Made by a program: the position numbers and the translations under genes. DNA of 64,000 bases from the NCBI GenBank assembly GCA_963812605.1, contig CAWEWF010000003.1, forward strand, positions 1 through 64,000, given 5' to 3'. Below the pieces are notes generated by a model. That model saw only the letters and a program-made list of their open reading frames with translations, was not told where the DNA came from and ran no database searches. Below are positions 48,571-59,571 of this stretch, piece after piece (positions within the stretch are counted from its first letter, which is position 1; the number at the start of each line of letters is the position of its first letter). The stretch is from an uncultured Verrucomicrobiae bacterium (lineage in GTDB: Bacteria > Verrucomicrobiota > Verrucomicrobiia > Palsa-1439).

Positions 48571-49443
48571 ATGAAAACGAAAGCGAGCATCACCATTCGA
48601 GACTTTTTCCGTATGTTCCCCAATGACGAATCCTGTTTGGCGCACGTCTTTACAATGCGCTACGGGCCGGGTCACCTGTGTCCCAAATGCGAGCGCAAGG
48701 CCAACTGGTATCGCATCAAGGCCGAACGCGCCTATTCCTGCCAATGGTGCGGGCATCATATCCACCCCACGGCTGGCACGCCTTTCGAGGACACCCGCAC
48801 CCCGTTGCAGCTTTGGTTCTATGCGATTTACCTCTACACGACTTCCCGGCACGGTGTTCCCGCGAAGGAATTGGAGCGCCAGCTTGGTGTGACGTACAAA
48901 ACGGCATGGCGCATGGCGCACCATATCCGCAATCACATGGCCGATGTGGACGGCGAATTGATGCTCAGTGGCGACGTTGAGATTGATGAAACCTTGGTCG
49001 GCGGTCGGCACCCCGGCAAACGCGGACGCGGTGCAAAGGGCAAGACCATCATCTTCGGAATGCTGGAACGCGACGGCCAGATTATGACCAAGATTGTTGC
49101 CAGCGTGAAACGCCGTACCCTGCAACCGCTTATCTGCAAGAACGTGGCATCGGGTTCTCGGGTCAATACGGATGAGCTTCACACCTACAAGAGCCTTCCT
49201 GAAAAAGGCTACGACCATCAGTGCGTCGATCACGGCGCAAAAGAGTATGTACGCGGCACCGTCCATGTAAACGGCCTTGAAAACTTTTGGAAACACTTCA
49301 AGTGCGCCGTTAAGAGCACTGACATTCACGTATCCAAGAAACACATGCAGAAGTATGTGAAGGAATTCGAGCATCGGTTCAACTCCCGGAAGAATCCTTC
49401 CGCGATGTTCCCCGTTTTGGTTCCACAGTTTGCGAAGCCATAG
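48571..49443 (+). CDS. IS1595-family DDE transposase
   Basis: CPKC..CQWC zinc finger, HTH (YKTAWRM), VEIDET, TDE, HVNGLENFW, EFEHRFN. Confidence 0.93.
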   Translation: MKTKASITIRDFFRMFPNDESCLAHVFTMRYGPGHLCPKCERKANWYRIKAERAYSCQWCGHHIHPTAGTPFEDTRTPLQLWFYAIYLYTTSRHGVPAKELERQLGVTYKTAWRMAHHIRNHMADVDGELMLSGDVEIDETLVGGRHPGKRGRGAKGKTIIFGMLERDGQIMTKIVASVKRRTLQPLICKNVASGSRVNTDELHTYKSLPEKGYDHQCVDHGAKEYVRGTVHVNGLENFWKHFKCAVKSTDIHVSKKHMQKYVKEFEHRFNSRKNPSAMFPVLVPQFAKP

Positions 49444-49552
49444 ACTTTACGACGCCGTGAAAATGCTTGTGACTGGCCTTTGGGTGCGTTTTCTCGCGCT
49501 CTTTGATGAAGTGCTTGAGCTTGCCTTTTTCTCTGGCTTCTTTGAGGTGCAT
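49379..49552 (-). CDS. Small basic passenger ORF convergently overlapping the transposase end
   Basis: MHLKEAREKGKLKHFIKERE..., starting just after the larger passenger. Confidence 0.45.
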   Translation of the reverse strand: MHLKEAREKGKLKHFIKEREKTHPKASHKHFHGVVKSMASQTVEPKRGTSRKDSSGS

Positions 49553-49556
49553 ATAA

Positions 49557-50399
49557 TTACTCCTTGATTCTATCCGCCAAGGCTGCGAGCGCCATTGCAA
49601 CATCTTTGGCAACAAGCTCATTCACTATTGCTAATGGCAATTGGTCGCCAAACAATTCCAGTTCCTTAGAACGAAAACCCAATTCAGAAAGCTGTTCTCG
49701 CATGGATAAAATTCTTCCGACGAATCTTCGATCGAATTCACCTACTTGTTTCGTTTCGTAATCTTCCCAAATCTTCATATTCTTCATATATTCTTCCTGA
49801 GAAGTATTGCCGTAACCGAAGGTTGGTGGCCTGTTTATCTGCCATTGCTCTAGGAAGTCGAACATTTCTTTCGTGAGAATTCCGGCCCTCTTTTTTATTC
49901 CCGCTGCACTTGGATCGCGCGCGAAATCAATGTCTGATATTTTTTTCTGTAGCTGTGCATTAACAGATTGTAGGGTTTGTATCGTCGTGTCCTTTTGTTG
50001 AATCAAAGCAACGAGAGAATCGTTTTTCTGTCGCACTTTGGAATTTTGATTGGTCGCGATGTCAACTTCTTCAGACGCCACCCGTTCTGCATTCTTTGCC
50101 TCACGATAAACCCGAGCGGGAGATATAAAAAATAGTTGAACCAAAAAGACGAGCAGCGCGATGAGTAACGTCGCCAAGACTCCCATGAGAATGTCATTGC
50201 CCCATTCCCTCGCATGTGCCGCACTTGTGCGTTTGTGTATAAAAAAAAGCGACACAAGAAATATAATCACCGCATTCATCAGAAACAAGGGGGTCTGCAC
50301 CAATTCAAAATCCCAAGTGGAATTGAATGCGCGATGTGCGATATGAAGCCAATCGTGGAGCATGACCACGAGATTGCCAAAAACAGGTCTAAAAAGCAA
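49557..50399 (-). CDS. IS passenger: two-TM, coiled-coil hypothetical protein (AT-rich)
   Basis: Two hydrophobic helices, QQKDTTIQTLQSVNAQLQKKI coiled coil; start uncertain. Confidence 0.7.
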   Translation of the reverse strand: MLFRPVFGNLVVMLHDWLHIAHRAFNSTWDFELVQTPLFLMNAVIIFLVSLFFIHKRTSAAHAREWGNDILMGVLATLLIALLVFLVQLFFISPARVYREAKNAERVASEEVDIATNQNSKVRQKNDSLVALIQQKDTTIQTLQSVNAQLQKKISDIDFARDPSAAGIKKRAGILTKEMFDFLEQWQINRPPTFGYGNTSQEEYMKNMKIWEDYETKQVGEFDRRFVGRILSMREQLSELGFRSKELELFGDQLPLAIVNELVAKDVAMALAALADRIKE

Positions 50400-50435
50400 C
50401 TACGTATGCGAAGGGGATAATTCCGTTTTCTTTTT

Positions 50436-50615
50436 TCATAGTCCCATCACCTCTTTTGGGGTGTGAATCCGCATCAGCGGCCAGCCATGCAGGCGATTCA
50501 CTTCGTTAATGCGCGCCACTTTGTTCGGATTGGCCAAGTGTTTCATGTTCCAACTTACGATCATACCCAGGCAATGACAAACCGCCACGGCCACCAAAAC
50601 GGCAGCGCGTTATCG
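50436..50615 (-). pseudogene. C-terminal remnant of a PIN/VapC-like toxin
   Basis: Translates as AVLVAVAVCHCLGMIVSWNMKHLANPNKVARINEVN...RIHTPKEVMGL*; ATGA overlap with the next gene. Confidence 0.65.
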
Positions 50616-50637
50616 TTGAGCCATCGATGAGATGTTG

Positions 50638-50700
50638 GTAGGGCGCGACCGCCGGGCGCGCCACGGTTGGGACGCGGGCCGCCCGGCGGTCGGCCCCTAC
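50638..50700. repeat. GTAG-type inverted REP pair (GTAGGGCGCGACCGCC...GGCGGTCGGCCCCTAC)
   Basis: Read directly; a related ...CCGCGCCCTAC palindrome lies near 41356-41379. Confidence 0.65.
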
Positions 50701-51089
50701 CCACGGCGCGGAATGTGCAGTCGTCCATTTTCCCGGACAGAGTCAAGCTACACCCTCGTATATCGGCTACCGATAATTCTGCTGGACACGGTATGCTGAG
50801 ATGGGTATCCTTGGCCCAGTTCTTTGACAGGGGGAGCAGATTGCATTGTTTGTCAGGGGGATACGGGCGCAAAAACATGTCTTTTTGCGAAGCGAACCCC
50901 CCAGTTAACTGCCCGATTTGCAAGCACTTGGGCGTTCGACTCTCGAAAACCGGCCGGGGCGGTACGTGAAGGATGACGGGGGTGCTTGCGCCACTTGGAT
51001 CTCTCTACGACGCCCTGTCGGATTGGGACACCTCCGGCGTTGTTTGCCACTTGCTCAGTAGCCCGGCGCACGATAAAGTGAACCACGTT

Positions 51090-52507
51090 ATGTCATCTTT
51101 GACCTGAAAAAGATCGTCTCGCAGCGACTCGGGGAGAACTACGAGTTGCATGAGAAGTACATCAACCCGACGCTGGTGAAGGTTTTTCGCACCATCAGTT
51201 TCGACAAGGTTTACACAAAGGCCAAGGGCCAGTATTTGTGGGACAAGGAAGGCAACCGCTATCTCGACATGCTGAGCGGATTCGGGGTATATTCGATTGG
51301 TCGCAACCATCCGCAGGTGGCGCAAGTTATCCGCGACGTACTCGACCTGGATTTGCCCAACATGGTGCAAATGGATTGCGCGTTCCTGGCTGGGCTGTTG
51401 GCCGAGGCGCTCATTAAACGCACACCGCCGCATCTCGATGCCGTTTTCTTTTGCAATTCCGGCACGGAAGCGGTGGAGGCGTCATTGAAGTTTGCCCGCG
51501 CGGCGACGGGCCGCAGCAAGTTCGCCTATCTGGATCACGGTTGGCACGGGTTGTCGCTCGGGTCGCTGGCCATCATGGGGAACGAGGAGTTTCGCGAAGG
51601 ATTTGGCGAAATGTTGCCCGGCGTGGAAGTGCCCTACGGTGATTTGGAAGCGCTGGAAAAGGCGCTGGCGAAGAAGGACATTGCCGCGCTGGCCGTGGAA
51701 TGCATCCAGGGAAAAGGCGTGCGGATTCCGCCGCCGGATTACCTGCCCGCGGCGCAGGCGCTCTGCCGCAAGTACGGCACGCTGTTTTTCTGCGACGAAG
51801 TGCAGACAGGTTACGGCCGAACCGGCAAGTTGTTCTCCTTCCAGCATTGGAACCTGGAGCCCGACATTATTTCCACCAGCAAGGCGCTCAGTGGCGGTTA
51901 CGTGCCGGTCGGCGCGATGATCACGCGCCGCTGGATTTACCAGAAAGTTTTCAATCGCATGGATCGCTGCTGGGTCCATTCGTCGAGCTTTGGCCGCAAC
52001 AATCTCGGGATGGCCGTGGGACTGGCGACCTTACACGTGTTGGAGGAAGAGAAACTCGTTGAACGCAGCGCAGCGCAGGGCCAGAAGCTGATCGACGCCA
52101 TCAATGGGCTGAAGTCCAAACATGAAATGCTGATGGAAGCGCGCGGCAAAGGCTGCATGATCGGCATCGAGTTCCACGAACCGAAGAGTCTCAAGTTAAA
52201 GATGGCGTGGAAGATGATCCACGCGGCGCATGACGGTTTGTTTGCGCAGATGCTGGTGATGCCGCTGTTGGAGAAACACCATGTGTTGACCCAGGTGAGC
52301 GGGAACCACGGGGACATCATTCGCATCCTGCCGCCGTTTGTCATCACGGACGAGGACATCCAGTATTTTGTGCATGCGCTCGACGACGTGCTCAGCGATT
52401 GCTACAAGTTGCCCGGGCCGATGTGGGACCTCGGGGCGAACCTGGTGAAGGCCGCGATGCGCAACAAGGGTGAAAAGCAGCCGGAACCAGCAGCGGCGCC
52501 CGTCTGA
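51090..52507 (+). CDS. hpnO: Aminobacteriohopanetriol synthase-like class III aminotransferase (frameshift near the start)
   Basis: LDMLSGFGV..GRNHP, NSGTEAVE, DEVQTG.GRTG, KALSGG.VPVG, VHSSSFG; adjacent to hpnN. Confidence 0.8.
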
Positions 52508-52528
52508 GGCCCCTCCCACATTTCGACA

Positions 52529-55248
52529 ATGCGACAACGGTCTTTAACTGCGCTGGCGAATACCGTTTGCCGCTGGCCCTGGCTATTACTGGTCGTCGGC
52601 ATTCTGCTGGCGGTCGTTTCCGGTGTTTACACGGTGTACCGCCTGGAATTCAAGACCAGCCGTAACGACTTAATCGGGCGCGACAGCGATTACTGGCGCC
52701 TTTACAGCGAATACGCCAAGGAGTTCCACTCGGAGGAGGATTACGTCATTCTCGTCGAAGGCGACAAACCCGAGCGCAACAAGACCGCGATTGACGCGGT
52801 GGTGCAGGGCCTGTTGTCGCCGCAGAACAATCCACATCCAGGCGATGATCCGGGAGCGCAACAGTTCGTCGCTGACGATCTGTTCTACCAGGTCAACCTG
52901 GAAGCGTTCCAACGGTGGTTCCTGTACTACCTCACGATGGAGGATTTGAACTGCCTCAAGGATTTCCCACAACTGGTATTCGTGCTCCAGCACCAGCCGA
53001 ACATGGCCGGGTTCCTCCATGTCGCCAACGAATCGCTGATGCAGATGGGAATGGCGGGCGCCGACCGGAAAAAATGCACGCTGGGGTTCCTGCCGATGAT
53101 GACGACGGTGGTGGGGCAGATCGGAGATCTTGCGGCCACCACCGGTCCAACCGAATGGCATTCACCGTGGATGCAGGCGTTTATTGGGCCCGGAGAGAGC
53201 GAAAAGGCAGAAGAACAAATGCGGTGGCAAGGATACCAGACCTTCCGTCACGGCAAGATGTTCCTGCTGATGGTGCATCCACGAGTCGAGAAAGGGACGC
53301 CGGAAGCGTTGCATGAAGCGACCGTTCCAAAACTCCGTCGCATCATGGCGCAGGCGCAAGCCCGGTTTCCCGAAGTGAAAATCGGTCTCACCGGCGAGCC
53401 GGTGCTGGATTATGACGAGACGCTCCAGTCACAGCGCGACGCGACCAAGGCGACGGTACTCACGTTGGTCCTTATTTGCATCCTGTTTGTGGTCGGTTTT
53501 CGCGAGGTATTGCGGCCCCTGATGGCGGTGGCGACGATGGTCATCGTCCTGGCGTGCTGCATGGGATACGCCACGCTTTCGGTCGGCCACCTGAATATGA
53601 TCACGGTGACCTTCGCCGTAATGATCCTGGGACTGGGCATTGACCTGGGAATTCAATTCATCGCCCGCTACGAGGAGGAACTGAAGAAAAACCCACGGCG
53701 CGAAGAGGCCGTGCGGATGACCATTCACCACACGGGACCGAGCATCATCACGGCGGGTGTAACGAATGCGGCGGCGTTCTTCGCGATGGGACTCAGCGGT
53801 TTTCGCGGAGTGATCGAACTGGGGATCATCGCCGGCGGCGGGATGCTGATTGCGACGGTAGCGACCATGACCGTGCTGCCGGCGTTATTGTTATTGGTCC
53901 ACCGCAAGGAGGAAGCCACCCACATTCCCACGTGGACGATGGCGGCCCGCGTCGAGCTCATGTTGTTGCGTCGACCGTCATTCACGCTGGGAATCTGCGC
54001 ATTGGTGACCCTGCTTGCAGTTATCGTGGGCGGTCGGGTCCAGTTCGACTACAATGTGCTGAACCTGCAATCCGCCAAGGCCGAGTCCGTGAAGACGGAG
54101 TTGAGCCTCCTCCATGCCGACGCGGAATCGACGATTTTCGCCTCGGTTGTTTGCAGCAATCTCGATGAGGCGCGACAATTACAGAATCGGCTGGTCCAAC
54201 TGCCAACGGTCCGGTCCGTCCATAGCATCGCGGAGATGATTCCCGAAGACCAGGAGTCGAAGATCAAGATGATTCAGGATATCCGGCAGGCGCTGGGCAC
54301 GATTCACTTCGACGTGATACCGGATGATCCGGAGGAAGTTCTCAAGGCGCTGGGATCACTGCGGCTGCGCGCCAATGCGCTGGCCCGCGAGGCGGGACAA
54401 CACGGCGACAAGGCGAGCTTTGGAAGTTTTGAGTCCCGCTCACGAATGCGCTGACCCAGGCGCAGGTAAAACTAAAGCGGCCGACCGGTACCAATTTCAG
54501 TCGCGCCTGACCGATTATGAGCACCATTTCTACTCCGATTTGGAGTCGCAACTGGTGATCATCGCCACCCAGGCGGACCGCCCAATGACCGATTGAGGAC
54601 GTGCCCGCCCAGGTGCGGCGGATGTTTCGTCGGCAAGACCGGAAAGTTCCTCGTGCAGGTGTTTCCACGGGAGAACATTTGGGAGCGGGAGCCGTTGGTG
54701 AAGTTCGTGCGCGAGGTGCGCGAGGTTGCTCCCGGGGTGACCGACACGCCGTCGGGGTTGTACGAGTTTGTGGACATCCTGTTGCGCGGGTACATCAAGG
54801 CGGCGCTATGGGCGTTCCTGGTGATCACCGTGCTGATCTTTATGGATTTTCGCAATGCCTACGCGGCGCTGTTGACGCTGTTGCCGCTGATTGTCGGGAT
54901 GATCTGGATGGTCGGGGTGATGGTGGCGGCGCGGATCGATTTCAATCCCGCCAACATCATGGTGCTGCCGTTGATCGTGGGCATTGGCGTGGCGTACGGG
55001 ATTTATGTGGTCCAGCGCTATCGCGAGAGCCACGAAGCGACGTTCTACAGCAAGAGCACGGGACGCGCCGTGATTCTCTCGGCGTTGACGACCACGTTTG
55101 CGTTCGCCAGCCTGCTCGTCGGCGCGCACCGCGGCATCCGCAGCCTGGGTTGGTGATGACGATCGGCGTCATTGCCTGCCTGATCGCCGCGCTGGCGCTG
55201 CTGCCGGCGTTACTGGAGACCGCGCGCCGCAAGGGCTGGAAGGTGTAG
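52529..55248 (+). CDS. hpnN: MMPL/RND hopanoid transporter (frameshifts at about 54430-54640 and 55150)
   Basis: LTGEPVL, GLGIDLGIQF, NPANIMVLPLIVGIGVAYG, STGRAVILSALTT, HRGIRSLG. Confidence 0.85.
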
Positions 55249-55990
55249 CTGCTCGACGGCGGCCTGGAGGAAGCGGGCGAGCTTGTCGCCGGAATGCTTG
55301 GCGCGGTAACCGAGGCGCGCGAGATCGGCGAGCACGCGCGGGTCGCGGGCACAACTGGAAATCACCCGCTTCGCGCGCAACTGGCCGAGCACGAAGAAAT
55401 CGTTGAACTCGTCGGGCAGGTTTTCGTGAACGTTGTCGGTAATGCAGCGGACAGCAAGGAAATCCGTCTTGCGGGCCGCGCAGACGGCGGCGACAGCGCT
55501 GGTTTCCATGTCGACGGCCAGGGCGCCGGTGGCCGTGCCGAGCCGCGCCTTGTTCTCCGCTCGCAGCACCATCTCATCAGTCGTCAGGATTTTTCCATAA
55601 TGGACGCGCAGTCCCGGCGTGTCCTCACCGTTGATGCGATTCGGGCGAATGGGTTTGTGAGTGGAGTCCCACGTGATCCTGGTTCCCTGATCCTTGCGCA
55701 GGTCAAGAATCTCGGTGCCGACGACGATGTCGCCGGCATGCATGTCCGGTCTGAAGTCCGCCGCCGAAACCGGAACTGATGACCAGATCCGGCCGGTAAC
55801 AGTGGATGGTCATCTCGGCGGCGATGCGGGCGCATTCCTTGCCGATGCCGAGCGCCAGCAGGGCAACAGGCTGGCCGCCGAGCGTGCCTTCGTGGAAGTC
55901 GAGGTGTTCCTGGCGGACGACGTGATTGGCGTCAGCGCGACGCAGGATGGGCTTGAGTTCCTGACGAACGGCAACAAGGATGGCGATCAT
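55210..55990 (-). CDS. hpnG: Nucleoside phosphorylase family (HpnG-like), frameshift near 55750
   Basis: ISSGFGGGL, GDIVV, ALAVDMETSAVA, AVRCITD; downstream of hpnH. Confidence 0.8.
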
Positions 55991-56028
55991 GGTTTTCGGC
56001 GCCTCAACGAAGCGCCGCGACGGCCCGC

Positions 56029-57399
56029 CTAGCTGCAGCAGTCGTCACCCTCGGCATGTTCGTGGCCGTGGGCATGGGCTGTCGCGGCGACGGCAGCATT
56101 GACTTCCTTGTCCGCGAGCACCTGGCGGATATTGGATTGCACCGAGTCGCGCTTGCCGGTGAGATGGCCCCGGCCGGTAGTGACGCCATTGTAGGCATCC
56201 ACCTGGGAACCTGCGGCAATCGGCTGTGGTTTCGCGCCGAAGTTGTAGCGAATAAGCTTCCAGGTATCGCCCCGCTGGGTATCGATGCCGAGCGACGGCG
56301 TGGGCTCGTAACCGCAGTGTGTCATGCAATTCTCGCAACGCGGGTCGCGGGCCACGCCATTGAAGACGCCGTATTTGTCCCAATCGACCTTTGTGAGCAT
56401 CTCCTGGTAGCCTGCGTAATGGCCGTCGGTCATGAGATAGCAGGGGGCTTTCCAGCCCTTGACATTGCGGGTGGGGATCGCCCAGGCCGTGCAATGCAGG
56501 TCGCGCTTGCCGGCAAGGAATTCAAGGTAGATCGGCGAACCGAAGAAGGTGTATTTCTGGCCCCACTCGACGATGTTCTTGAATTTGTCGCGGGTCAGTT
56601 TGCGCGTGAGGAAGAAGTCCTCGGGCTGCTTGTTGAGGCGCTTGATCATGTCCTTCTTGGCGGCATCGTATTCGTAACCGGGGGTGATGGTATGTCCGTC
56701 CACGCCGAGGGCCGAAAGGAAATCGAACATCTTCTCGATCTCGTCCATGTCGGTCTCTTTATAGACCGTGCAGTTCGTGGCGACTTGATAGCCGAGAATC
56801 TTGGCCATCTTGATGGCTTCGATGCATTCCTTGAAAACGCCTTCACGTTCGACGATAAGATCGTGGATGTATTCGAGACCGTCGATATGGACGTTCCAGT
56901 ACATCCATTTCGAAGGCTTGATGCCGGGGCGGCCGTCATTCTTGCCCTTGCGGATCTCCGCGGCTTCCTTGTCGGTGATGAGTTCCTGCGCCAGCAGTGC
57001 CTTGAGCCTGGGCTCCAGGGAAGGGCTGTAGGTGCGGGCCAGGTGATCGCGCATTTTCTTGCGCATGAACATGCCGTTGGTGCAGACGTAGACAATGCGC
57101 CCTTGGTCGAGCAGGCCGTCAACGAGTTCCTCGATCTTCGGATAGATGAGCGGTTCGCCGCCGCAGATGGAGACCATCGGCGCATTGCACTCGAGGGCCG
57201 AGTCGAGGCACTCCTCAAGGCTCATCATGTCTTTGAGATTGGTGGAGTACTCGCGGATACGGCCGCAGCCGGTGCACGTCAGGTTGCAGGTGTGCAACGG
57301 CTCGAGCTGAAGCACCAGAGCGAATTTTTCGGTCTTCTTGATTTTGTTGGTAATGATGTGGCGGGCCATCTTCGCCGACAGTTTAAAAGGGAATCTCAT
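56029..57399 (-). CDS. hpnH: Adenosylhopane synthase radical SAM enzyme
   Basis: LEPLHTCNLTCTGCGRI, GGEPL, CTAWAIP, PCYL, RCENCMTHCGYE. Confidence 0.92.
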   Translation of the reverse strand: MRFPFKLSAKMARHIITNKIKKTEKFALVLQLEPLHTCNLTCTGCGRIREYSTNLKDMMSLEECLDSALECNAPMVSICGGEPLIYPKIEELVDGLLDQGRIVYVCTNGMFMRKKMRDHLARTYSPSLEPRLKALLAQELITDKEAAEIRKGKNDGRPGIKPSKWMYWNVHIDGLEYIHDLIVEREGVFKECIEAIKMAKILGYQVATNCTVYKETDMDEIEKMFDFLSALGVDGHTITPGYEYDAAKKDMIKRLNKQPEDFFLTRKLTRDKFKNIVEWGQKYTFFGSPIYLEFLAGKRDLHCTAWAIPTRNVKGWKAPCYLMTDGHYAGYQEMLTKVDWDKYGVFNGVARDPRCENCMTHCGYEPTPSLGIDTQRGDTWKLIRYNFGAKPQPIAAGSQVDAYNGVTTGRGHLTGKRDSVQSNIRQVLADKEVNAAVAATAHAHGHEHAEGDDCCS

Positions 57400-57428
57400 T
57401 GTTAGGCTTCTCCTGGGTTCAAAAATTT

Positions 57429-59498
57429 TCAGACTTCAGTCAGATGCGCCAGCGCACGCAGACGCGCCACTTTCCGGAGGATGCGCGGTTGCTTGTAAAA
57501 CAACTGGATGACGCGTGATTTCTCGTGCTCGCGCGGCACGGGCGGGAAGCCCTGCAACAGATGGCGTGCGTACATCCCCAACGCCATGAGCGGGAAATAA
57601 TGGCGGTAATAATGGTAGCGCAGATAAAACACGCGCGGGAAACCGGTGCCGGTGAACAATTCTTCGTCCCAACCGCCATCGAGTTCCTGTTGATTGAGCA
57701 GGTACTTGATGCCGCGGGCGACTTCCGCCGAATTGATTTCGCTGGCGGAAATCAGTCCCATCAGCGCCCAAGCCGTCTGCGAAGCCGTGCTCTTGCCAAT
57801 GCCCTTGAACTGGGTGTCGTCGTAGCTGCGCAAGGACTCGCCCCAGCCGCCGTCGGCGTTTTGCGATGTCTTTAGCCAGGCGACGGCGCGACGGACGTAG
57901 GGGAGACGCATGTCCTCGCCGATCAGGTGCAAGCCGCGCAGCACCTGCCACGTCCCGTAGATGTAATTCGTGCCCCAGCGACCGAACCAGGAGCCATCCG
58001 CGCATTGGTCGCGTTTGAGGAAGCGAATGGCTTTCTGGACGCACTCATCTTCCATGGTAAATCCGAAATGTCCCAGCGACTCCAGGACGCGGGCCGTGAT
58101 GTCCGACGTGCTCGGATCGATCATGGCGTTGTGATCGGCGAAAGGCACCTGGGTGAAGAGCCACTTGTCGTTGTCCTTGTCGAAACTCGCCCAGCCGCCG
58201 TCCTTGCCCTGCATACCGAGGACCCAGCGGGTCCCGCGACGGATGGCGGCGAATTTCTCGCGATCGAACTCCGTGCTGACGCGGTTCAAGGCCATCAAGA
58301 CCATGGCGGTGTCGTCAACATCGGGATAGAATTCGTTGTCGTATTCGAAAAACCACGCGCCCACGGGTTTGTTCGGCTCAGTATAGCGATGGCTCTCGGA
58401 ATGTTTCACGCGCCAGTCACCGGGACGGCGCACTTCCTTGTCCAACAGCCAGCGGGTGGCGGATTGCAGCGCGGCATGGTCGGCGGACAGGCCGGACTCA
58501 TGAAGGGCATTGATGCTGATGGCGGTATCCCACACCGGGGAGAAGCAGGGCTGCAAGCGCAGCGTGTCACCTTCCTCGATTTCGAGTTTTTCCATCTCGC
58601 GGATGCCGTGGACGACGAGGTAACTCTCGTTGCTGTAACCCAGCACACGCAGGGACATGACGTAGTTGGCCATGGCGGGGAAAATCGCGCCCAGGCCGCC
58701 GGGTGTCCGGCCATGCTCGATGACCCAGCGTTCCGCCTTGCGGAGCGCGAAGCGGCGCACGAATGGCACGGGATGATGGCGGTGGACGAATTTCAGCAGG
58801 TGGTCAACCAGTAGAAAGAAATTGTGCCAGGTGCAGGTCCGTTCGTCCCGCGCCAGGCGGATGTCGGCTTTTTCGCGTCCGCCGACCCAGAGTTCATCCA
58901 ACTGCCATTCGCGGGGAAGGGGCTTGACGGGTTCACAGGAGCGGATGATCGACAGCGGCACGAGCATGGCCCGCGACCACGAGGACATATTGTAAATGCT
59001 AAAGCTGAACCACTTCGGGAGAAGAATTAGTTCTGGTGGAATCGCCGGGCAACCGCCCCACGGATAGAGGCCGATCATGGCGAGGGCGATCTTCGTGAAG
59101 GTGTTGCAGCGCGTCATCCCGCCGGCGGCGAGGATCGCGTCGCGGGTCTTGACCATGTGCGGGGCGTTGACGGAATCGCCGGCCATTTTGAGGGCGAGGT
59201 AACCCTTGACGGAGGCGCTGAACTCCATCGGGCCGTCGGGATAGATGGACCAGCCGCCATCGTAGAGGGCCTTGGAGCGAACGTAATTCGCCACCTTGCG
59301 GACGATCACCGGGTCGAGTTTGTCAATAAAATGGAGGTAAAAGAGGTACTCGGACTCCAGAATGGTGTCGCCCTCCAATTCGGCGCACCAATGCCCGTCG
59401 GAGGCCTGCTGATCCAACAACCAATCCTGCGCTCCCGAGATAGCACCTTCGAGCTGCTCAATTAGCTGTAGATAAGAATCTTCCTTCGCTTGAATCAT
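57429..59498 (-). CDS. shc: Squalene-hopene cyclase
   Basis: QASDGHW, SPVWDT, YPDVDDT (DxDD), QW repeats, TGTGFPRVFYLRYH.Y..YFPL. Confidence 0.97.
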   Translation of the reverse strand: MIQAKEDSYLQLIEQLEGAISGAQDWLLDQQASDGHWCAELEGDTILESEYLFYLHFIDKLDPVIVRKVANYVRSKALYDGGWSIYPDGPMEFSASVKGYLALKMAGDSVNAPHMVKTRDAILAAGGMTRCNTFTKIALAMIGLYPWGGCPAIPPELILLPKWFSFSIYNMSSWSRAMLVPLSIIRSCEPVKPLPREWQLDELWVGGREKADIRLARDERTCTWHNFFLLVDHLLKFVHRHHPVPFVRRFALRKAERWVIEHGRTPGGLGAIFPAMANYVMSLRVLGYSNESYLVVHGIREMEKLEIEEGDTLRLQPCFSPVWDTAISINALHESGLSADHAALQSATRWLLDKEVRRPGDWRVKHSESHRYTEPNKPVGAWFFEYDNEFYPDVDDTAMVLMALNRVSTEFDREKFAAIRRGTRWVLGMQGKDGGWASFDKDNDKWLFTQVPFADHNAMIDPSTSDITARVLESLGHFGFTMEDECVQKAIRFLKRDQCADGSWFGRWGTNYIYGTWQVLRGLHLIGEDMRLPYVRRAVAWLKTSQNADGGWGESLRSYDDTQFKGIGKSTASQTAWALMGLISASEINSAEVARGIKYLLNQQELDGGWDEELFTGTGFPRVFYLRYHYYRHYFPLMALGMYARHLLQGFPPVPREHEKSRVIQLFYKQPRILRKVARLRALAHLTEV

Positions 59499-59571
59499 AC
59501 TTTCTGCGACTCCTCCTTCAACCTGTAGCAAGGGAACACTACAATACGGTAACCGGCGTTGTAAAGCTGAT

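Larger units (their letters stand above)
48522..50425 (+). mobile_element. IS1595-family element with passenger genes (CGGnnTT ends, consistent with the ISNha5 group)
   Basis: TIRs CGGAATTATCCCCTTTACATACG / CGTATGCGAAGGGGATAATTCCG; 8-bp TSD TTTTCTTT at 48514-48521 and 50426-50433. Confidence 0.92.

Noticed and set aside
48172-49374. 400-aa ORF antisense to the transposase
   Set aside because: It is a shadow of the transposase that runs in-frame across the IS end; no independent evidence
1181-55990. Many frameshifts (NHL genes, relaxase, receiver, prcB, TPR lipoprotein, hpnO, hpnN, hpnG) read as mass pseudogenisation or programmed frameshifting
   Set aside because: They are isolated indels in otherwise well-conserved genes with no shared slippery motif; long-read assembly error is the simpler explanation, and reads are needed to decide
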